DNA of 64,000 bases from Anaerolineales bacterium (GTDB taxonomy: Bacteria; Chloroflexota; Anaerolineae; Anaerolineales; RBG-16-64-43): contig DAOUDU010000081.1 of NCBI GenBank assembly GCA_034430775.1, positions 19,063 to 83,062 on the forward strand. The letters are read 5' to 3'. The notes under the pieces are model-generated. The model ran no database searches. It saw only the letters and a list, made by a program, of their open reading frames with translations, and was not told the DNA's origin. Of the stretch, positions 58,994 to 64,000 are shown piece by piece (position 1 is the stretch's first letter; each line of letters starts with the position of its first letter). The position numbers were made by a program, and so were the translations under genes.

Positions 58994-60721
58994 CTAATCC
59001 ACCGGATGCATTCCCCGTGGTTCGCGCCCGGCCAAATTGCCTGTCTGGGGGCGGATGCGTGGGATCGCCACCTGGACCGTTGTCCCCTTGCCCGCAACCG
59101 AGGCGATGTTCATCGTGCCGCTGACCGCCCGCGCCCGTTCCTCCATGTTGGCCAGCCCGTGCGTCTCCACCGATACCTTCTGTGACGGCTCGAATCCATG
59201 GCCGTTGTCGGATACTTCCAGCACCACCCGGTCCCCCACCTGCGCCAGCGAGACCCGAAGGCGGGTGGCGCGGGCGTGGCGCGCGACGTTGGCCAGCGCC
59301 TCCTGGGTGATGTGGAACAACGCGTCCGCCGCAGCCGGGGCGAGCCACCGTCCGGCCTCCTCCGAAAGTTCGGATTCGGCCGAAATCGGCGTGTTGACGC
59401 AGAACTCGCGGATGAGCATGTCCAGGCCGACCGCCAGATTGTCAAAAATAAAACGCTTGGGCCGCAGGTCGGTGATGTATTCGCGGATGTCGCGGATGAC
59501 CGCATTCAACCCCGAGATCGCCCGTTCCAGTTTGGCACGCGCCTCCGGGTTGGTCTGCGACATTTCCATCAGCCCTTCTTCCAGGCTCAACCCAACCGCA
59601 TAGATGGATTGGATGATGCCATCGTGCAAATCCATCCCGATCCGCTCGCGCTCCTCCATCACCGCAAGCCGCTGAGCTTTTCGGTGGAGCAGGCCGTTTT
59701 CGGCGGCCGTGCCGACGCTCAACCCGACCGCCTCCAGCAGCGCCTTCTGGCGTTCGGTGAAGTCCATGATTTCCGTGGAAGAAAGCATCATGACGCCCAG
59801 CACCCGCCCTTTGGAATTCAGCGGGATCCCGATCATCATCCGCAGCCCGTTGGCGCGGAAAGCATCGTCGTCGAACCCGGGTTCCGCCGCCGGATCGACT
59901 ACCACCGTGAGGCTCTTCGACGCGGATGCCCTGCCGACCAACCCTGTTCCGAGCGTGAAGGCGTCCTTCTCCCAGTAGAAGGCCTTTAAATCTCCGCGCT
60001 GCATCGCCATCCGCACATCGCCGGTTTCTTCCTCCATCAGGAAAATCTGGCCGCTGAGCGCCCGGTAATGCAGCATCATCCGGTCCAGCGTGGTGGCCAG
60101 GATCCCTTCCAGTTCCAGCGTGGTATTGGCGGCAATGGCAACATCATTGAAGATTGCCAGTTCCTGGTTCCGCTGGGCCAGTTCGCGTTCGCTTTCGCTG
60201 ATCTGCGTGTTGGTGCGGGCGTTGACGATCGCCACCGTAGCAAACGAGGCAAGGATCTCGATCCCGCATTGTTCTGCGCGGCTGAATTCCCCGGGAGCGG
60301 TTTTTTCCGCCAGGATAACGGTTCCGATAGGCTTCTCCCCGGCCAACAGCGGCACGCCCAGGACGCAGCCCAATTGCGGGGCGATTCCCCGCAAAGCGGA
60401 AAACTGCGGATCACTCTTCAGATCCGCGGTATGGACGGAATTGCCGTGCGCGCAAATTTTTTCGATTAGATTCCACCACAATCCCGGTATGGAATATTTT
60501 TCAGAATCGGCCGGATCGGAAAAGGAATAGATGAACCGGTCCAGATCCCCCTTCTCATCGAGCAGCGCCACCACGGAATGCCGGGCGCCGGTCAGCCGGC
60601 GGGCAACACTGGCCGTCCGGTCGAGAACGGCCTCAAGCGAAGTCTCCCGGACCAGCTCCAGGCTGATCCGATGCAGCGACTCGAGATCCGTCATACTTGC
60701 CGGGGAAGTATGCATATCCAT
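58994..60721 (-). CDS. GAF-GAF sensor histidine kinase (HisKA_3, NarX/DevS-like)
   Basis: Two GAF domains, EERERIGMDLHDGIIQ, QEALANVARHA, DNGHGF, HGLANMEERA, G.GTTV. Confidence 0.9.
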   Translation of the reverse strand: MDMHTSPASMTDLESLHRISLELVRETSLEAVLDRTASVARRLTGARHSVVALLDEKGDLDRFIYSFSDPADSEKYSIPGLWWNLIEKICAHGNSVHTADLKSDPQFSALRGIAPQLGCVLGVPLLAGEKPIGTVILAEKTAPGEFSRAEQCGIEILASFATVAIVNARTNTQISESERELAQRNQELAIFNDVAIAANTTLELEGILATTLDRMMLHYRALSGQIFLMEEETGDVRMAMQRGDLKAFYWEKDAFTLGTGLVGRASASKSLTVVVDPAAEPGFDDDAFRANGLRMMIGIPLNSKGRVLGVMMLSSTEIMDFTERQKALLEAVGLSVGTAAENGLLHRKAQRLAVMEERERIGMDLHDGIIQSIYAVGLSLEEGLMEMSQTNPEARAKLERAISGLNAVIRDIREYITDLRPKRFIFDNLAVGLDMLIREFCVNTPISAESELSEEAGRWLAPAAADALFHITQEALANVARHARATRLRVSLAQVGDRVVLEVSDNGHGFEPSQKVSVETHGLANMEERARAVSGTMNIASVAGKGTTVQVAIPRIRPQTGNLAGREPRGMHPVD

Positions 60722-60748
60722 TGATTATAGGATTATATAGGAAAAAGC

Positions 60749-60819
60749 AGACCGAGGTGGGAAAAAGACCGAGGCGGTACCCGCCAAGTACATGCGGGTA
60801 TGATGGACCGCCTCGGTTT
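60749..60819. repeat. Composite palindrome: AGACCGAGGCGGT arms enclosing a GTCATTCCCGC-family inverse unit
   Basis: AGACCGAGGCGGT (60766) ... ACCGCCTCGGT (60807). The inner CCGCCAAGTACATGCGGG (60781-60798) is identical to 1635-1652. Confidence 0.7.
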
Positions 60820-60825
60820 CGTTAT

Positions 60826-63800
60826 CTAGACAACGATATTGATCAGCTTATCCGGAACGAAGATCACTTTGCGCGGCGTTTTCCCCTCCAGCCATTTCCG
60901 CACGCCTTCATTCGCAAATGCCAGTGCGCAGGCCGCGTCCCTTCCGGTCCCCGTCGGAAGCAGCAGCCGTTCCCGGAGTTTTCCGTTTATCTGCACGACG
61001 AGTGTCACCTCATCCTCGGCGGCGAGCGCCGGATCGAAAGCCGGCCAGGCTTGCCGGTGAATCGATTCCGCCGCCTGTCCCTTGCGAAAATGCCAAAGCT
61101 CCTCCGTCAGGTGGACCGCCACCGGGGCCGCGAGGAGCAGCAGGCTGTCGATCGCCTGCTCCCACTCCGGCGAGCCATACAGCGCGGTCTCGCGGTATTT
61201 ATAGAGCGTGTTGGTGAACTCCATCAGGGCCGAGATGATGGTATTAAATTCGAAACGCTCAAAGTCACGCGTCACGCGCTGAATGGTCTGGTGGGTGGAC
61301 CGCGTCAAAGCCCGGGCGGCGTTTGTTTCCACCGGTGCGGATGTGTTTTTGGGCGCGTTCATCACCAGCCCCCAGATCCGGTTGATCCAACGGTGGGTGC
61401 CCTCGATCCCGGTCGAACTCCACGGGGCTCCCTGGTCCCAGCGGGCGAAGAACATCAGGTAGGCGCGCACGGTGTCGGCGCCGTATTTTTTAACCAAGAC
61501 GTCCGGCGCGATCACATTGCCGCGGCTCTTCGACATCTTCTCCGAATCCTCGCCGAGGATGATCCCCTGGTTGCGCAGCTGCAACACCGGCTCCGGCCCG
61601 CGGGTGATGCCCATATCGCGGCAGGCCTTATGGAAGAATCGGGTGTAGATCAGGTGCATCGTGGCGTGCTCGATCCCTCCGGTGTAACAATCGACCGGCA
61701 TCCAGTAATCGTATTCGGCGGGATCGAAGGCGGCCCGGTCGTTTTTCGGGCTGAGGTAGCGCAGGTGATACCACGACGAGCACATGAACGTGTCCATCGT
61801 GTCGGTCTCGCGTTCGGCTTCTCCGCCGCACACCGGGCAGGTCGTGCGGGCCCAGGTCGGGTGCAGCTTGAGCGGGCTCTCACCGGTAGGTTTCCATTCA
61901 ACGTCGTCGGGCAGCAGCACCGGGAGTTGATCCTCCGGTACGGGCACCTGTCCGTGAACGGAGCAGCGGATCATCGGGATCGGCGCGCCCCAGAACCGCT
62001 GGCGGGAGATCAACCAATCCCGCAGGCGGTAGGAAACCGCCGGGCCGCCGGCCGCCTTCGTCTTCAGCCATTCCGCAACGTTCTTCACCGCCTCGGCGCC
62101 GGGCGTGCCGGTGAATTCCGCCGAGTGAATCATCGCCCCGTTCTGATCGTGAAACAGCGCGTCGCGATAAAACGCGAGCGACCAGACCATTTCCATCAGC
62201 GAGCGTTTGGCGCGGACGTTCGGCTCCAATTCCTGGCAGCGCGCCAGGATCTCCTGCTCCGATTCGATGCTGTCCCAGTCGCGGACCCCGTCTTCGAAGA
62301 TGAATTGCCAGCGGGTGCCGACGATCTCGTTCCAGCAGCCCGGCTGCAGGTGGGTGCGGGCAATTCCGATATAGCGGTCGATTTTTTCCACAGGGATGGT
62401 GATATAGAGCGAGCCTTCCCGTTCCTCGAAGGGAATCGCTTCCGCGCGCAGCGCGTCCGCCAAACCGGGCTTCATCGTCTTGGCAAGCGCAAACGATTTG
62501 GTCAGGCCGTCGGTGCGGTCGATCACGGGCAGGATCGGCAGGCCGAATTTAAGCGCGAAGTCGAAGTCGCGCCGGTCGTGCGCCGGCACGGCCATGATCG
62601 CCCCTGTCCCGTATGTGATCAGTACGTAATCGGCGATCCAGACCGGGATGCGCACGCCGTTGACGGGGTTGATCGCGAATCCGCCGGTGAAGACGCCGGT
62701 TTTCTCCTTGTCCGCCGATTCACGCTGGATATCGGATTGCCGCAGTGCTTGTTGGATATAGGCTTCGACCTCCGCTTTGTGTTCAGGATCGGTCAGCTTT
62801 TCCACCAGCGGGTGCTCCGGCGCCAGAACCATAAACGTGGCGCCCCACAGCGTATCCGGCCGGGTGGTGAACACCTCGAGCGGATCGCCCGCCTCGGTAC
62901 GGAACACCACCCGTGCGCCTTCGCTTCGGCCAATCCAGTTGGTCTGCAGCGTCCGCACCCGCTCGGGCCAGTCAATGCCGGAAAAATCTAACAGCTCATC
63001 GGCATACTTGGTCAGGCGGAAGAACCACTGTTCGAGATTCTTCTTTACCACCGGGGTTTCGCACCGTTCGCAGTGGCGGTCCTCGCCCCATACCTGCTCG
63101 CGCGCGAGGGTCGTGTTGCAATTGGGGCACCAATCGACCGGCGACAGCTTCTTATAGGCCATCCCGTGCCGGAAGAGCTGGATGAAGAACCACTGGGTCC
63201 AGCGGTAATATTCCGGATCGGAGGAAACCGCCTCGCGGTCCCAATCCCACATCGCCCCCATCGCGCGCAGTTGACCGCGCATATGATCGATATTGGAGTA
63301 GGTCCATTTCTTCGGGTGGATGCCGCGTTTGATCGCCGCGTTTTCCGCCGGCAGGCCGAAGGAATCAAACCCGACCGGAAACATGACGTTCCACCCGCGC
63401 ATGCGCATGAAGCGCGCCCGCGCGTCCGAGGGGGTCATGGCGTACCAGTGACCGATATGCAGATCCCCGCTGGAATAGGGCAGCATGGTGAGTGCGTAGA
63501 ATTTTTTCCGCGTCCGGTCGATGACCGCGCGGTACAACCCGGCCCGATCCCACGCCTTCTGCCACTTGGGTTCGATGATTCCCCACCGGTAGGCGGCTGG
63601 TTCCGGCTTCGCAGCGGACACAGGGTGCTTTTCCCGTTCCCGCATGGACTTCAGGCTTTTTTGCGGTTTAGCCGCCTTCGGCGCCTTCGCGGACTTTACA
63701 GCGGTAATCGCTCCCGGCTTTTTCGGCGCCGTTGGCTTGATCCTTCCCTTCAACTTCGGTTTCACCTTAACGGGCGCCGGCTTTACCGGCGAAATCCGCT

Positions 63801-63906
63801 TGCGCGCAACGGTTTTTACAGGAGCCTTGCGTTTACTGGTCGCAACGGACGGTTTCCGTACGGTGCTCTTCTTTTCCGGTTTGGCATTCTTCTTCGATGT
63901 CGGCAT
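60826..63906 (-). CDS. leuS: Leucine--tRNA ligase with a basic N-terminal extension and a large insertion at the end of the editing domain
   Basis: PYSSGDLHIGH, VFTTRPDT, GTGAIMAVPAHD, RDWLISRQRFWG.PIP, DTFMCSSWY, KMSKS. SD GGAGG before 63906. Confidence 0.96.
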   Translation of the reverse strand: MPTSKKNAKPEKKSTVRKPSVATSKRKAPVKTVARKRISPVKPAPVKVKPKLKGRIKPTAPKKPGAITAVKSAKAPKAAKPQKSLKSMREREKHPVSAAKPEPAAYRWGIIEPKWQKAWDRAGLYRAVIDRTRKKFYALTMLPYSSGDLHIGHWYAMTPSDARARFMRMRGWNVMFPVGFDSFGLPAENAAIKRGIHPKKWTYSNIDHMRGQLRAMGAMWDWDREAVSSDPEYYRWTQWFFIQLFRHGMAYKKLSPVDWCPNCNTTLAREQVWGEDRHCERCETPVVKKNLEQWFFRLTKYADELLDFSGIDWPERVRTLQTNWIGRSEGARVVFRTEAGDPLEVFTTRPDTLWGATFMVLAPEHPLVEKLTDPEHKAEVEAYIQQALRQSDIQRESADKEKTGVFTGGFAINPVNGVRIPVWIADYVLITYGTGAIMAVPAHDRRDFDFALKFGLPILPVIDRTDGLTKSFALAKTMKPGLADALRAEAIPFEEREGSLYITIPVEKIDRYIGIARTHLQPGCWNEIVGTRWQFIFEDGVRDWDSIESEQEILARCQELEPNVRAKRSLMEMVWSLAFYRDALFHDQNGAMIHSAEFTGTPGAEAVKNVAEWLKTKAAGGPAVSYRLRDWLISRQRFWGAPIPMIRCSVHGQVPVPEDQLPVLLPDDVEWKPTGESPLKLHPTWARTTCPVCGGEAERETDTMDTFMCSSWYHLRYLSPKNDRAAFDPAEYDYWMPVDCYTGGIEHATMHLIYTRFFHKACRDMGITRGPEPVLQLRNQGIILGEDSEKMSKSRGNVIAPDVLVKKYGADTVRAYLMFFARWDQGAPWSSTGIEGTHRWINRIWGLVMNAPKNTSAPVETNAARALTRSTHQTIQRVTRDFERFEFNTIISALMEFTNTLYKYRETALYGSPEWEQAIDSLLLLAAPVAVHLTEELWHFRKGQAAESIHRQAWPAFDPALAAEDEVTLVVQINGKLRERLLLPTGTGRDAACALAFANEGVRKWLEGKTPRKVIFVPDKLINIVV

Positions 63907-63964
63907 CGGTTCCTCCTCTTCATTAACCTAACCCCTAAAACCCGCCCCTCAGTTCCTTCGGGGC

Positions 63965-64000
63965 ACCCCTTCTCCCCTTCCCCTAGGGGAAGGGGATGGG
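63965..64000. repeat. REP-like palindrome TCCCCTTCCCCTAGGGGAAGGGGA (cut by the window end)
   Basis: 24-bp perfect palindrome at 63973-63996, same family as 30991-31036. Confidence 0.7.

Noticed and set aside
62150-62510. Intein in LeuRS
   Set aside because: No N-terminal Cys/Ser splice motif, no C-terminal His-Asn, no LAGLIDADG motif.
60697-62991. 764-aa plus-strand ORF, and other long antisense ORFs (13758..15173, 37303..38682, 56020..57183, 29808..30869)
   Set aside because: Shadow ORFs opposite well-supported genes, as expected in GC-rich DNA. No domain motifs.

Overview
A 64 kb, GC-rich bacterial chromosomal window made mostly of housekeeping genes. Gene content and protein style suggest an Anaerolineae-like member of Chloroflexota (inference: type 2 IPP isomerase next to a short-chain prenyl synthase, RpoD-like sigma factor, CoaE with a C-terminal extension). 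It carries translation and DNA-maintenance genes (pth, mfd, rpsA, rpsB-tsf-pyrH-frr-uppS-cdsA, priA, metG, leuS, rnd, tRNA-Ser(CGA)), metabolic genes (fni, hemW, phosphohexomutase, glgC, GltD/NfnB-like oxidoreductase, coaE), a MacAB-type efflux operon, an ECF sigma/anti-sigma operon and signalling genes. I saw no transposase, integrase, prophage or CRISPR array. Most notable observations: (1) a ChlI/ChlD-type chelatase gene split by a -1 frame change exactly at an A10 run (A_AAA_AAG) followed by a GC hairpin, the signature of programmed frameshifting; (2) an unannotated ~230-nt highly structured putative ncRNA upstream of coaE; (3) an operon encoding a small exported protein with five DSGGSDSGSW repeats, a DUF4178-like protein and a DUF350-like protein; (4) unusual add-ons to core enzymes (Zn-ribbon-PyrH, CoaE-GNAT-like, a ~110-aa insertion and a basic N-terminal tail in LeuRS, repeat tails on S1, S2 and YceD); (5) two genes broken only by in-frame stops; (6) several REP-like palindrome families and many apparently leaderless genes. 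Family assignments come from recognising motifs by eye, not from database searches.
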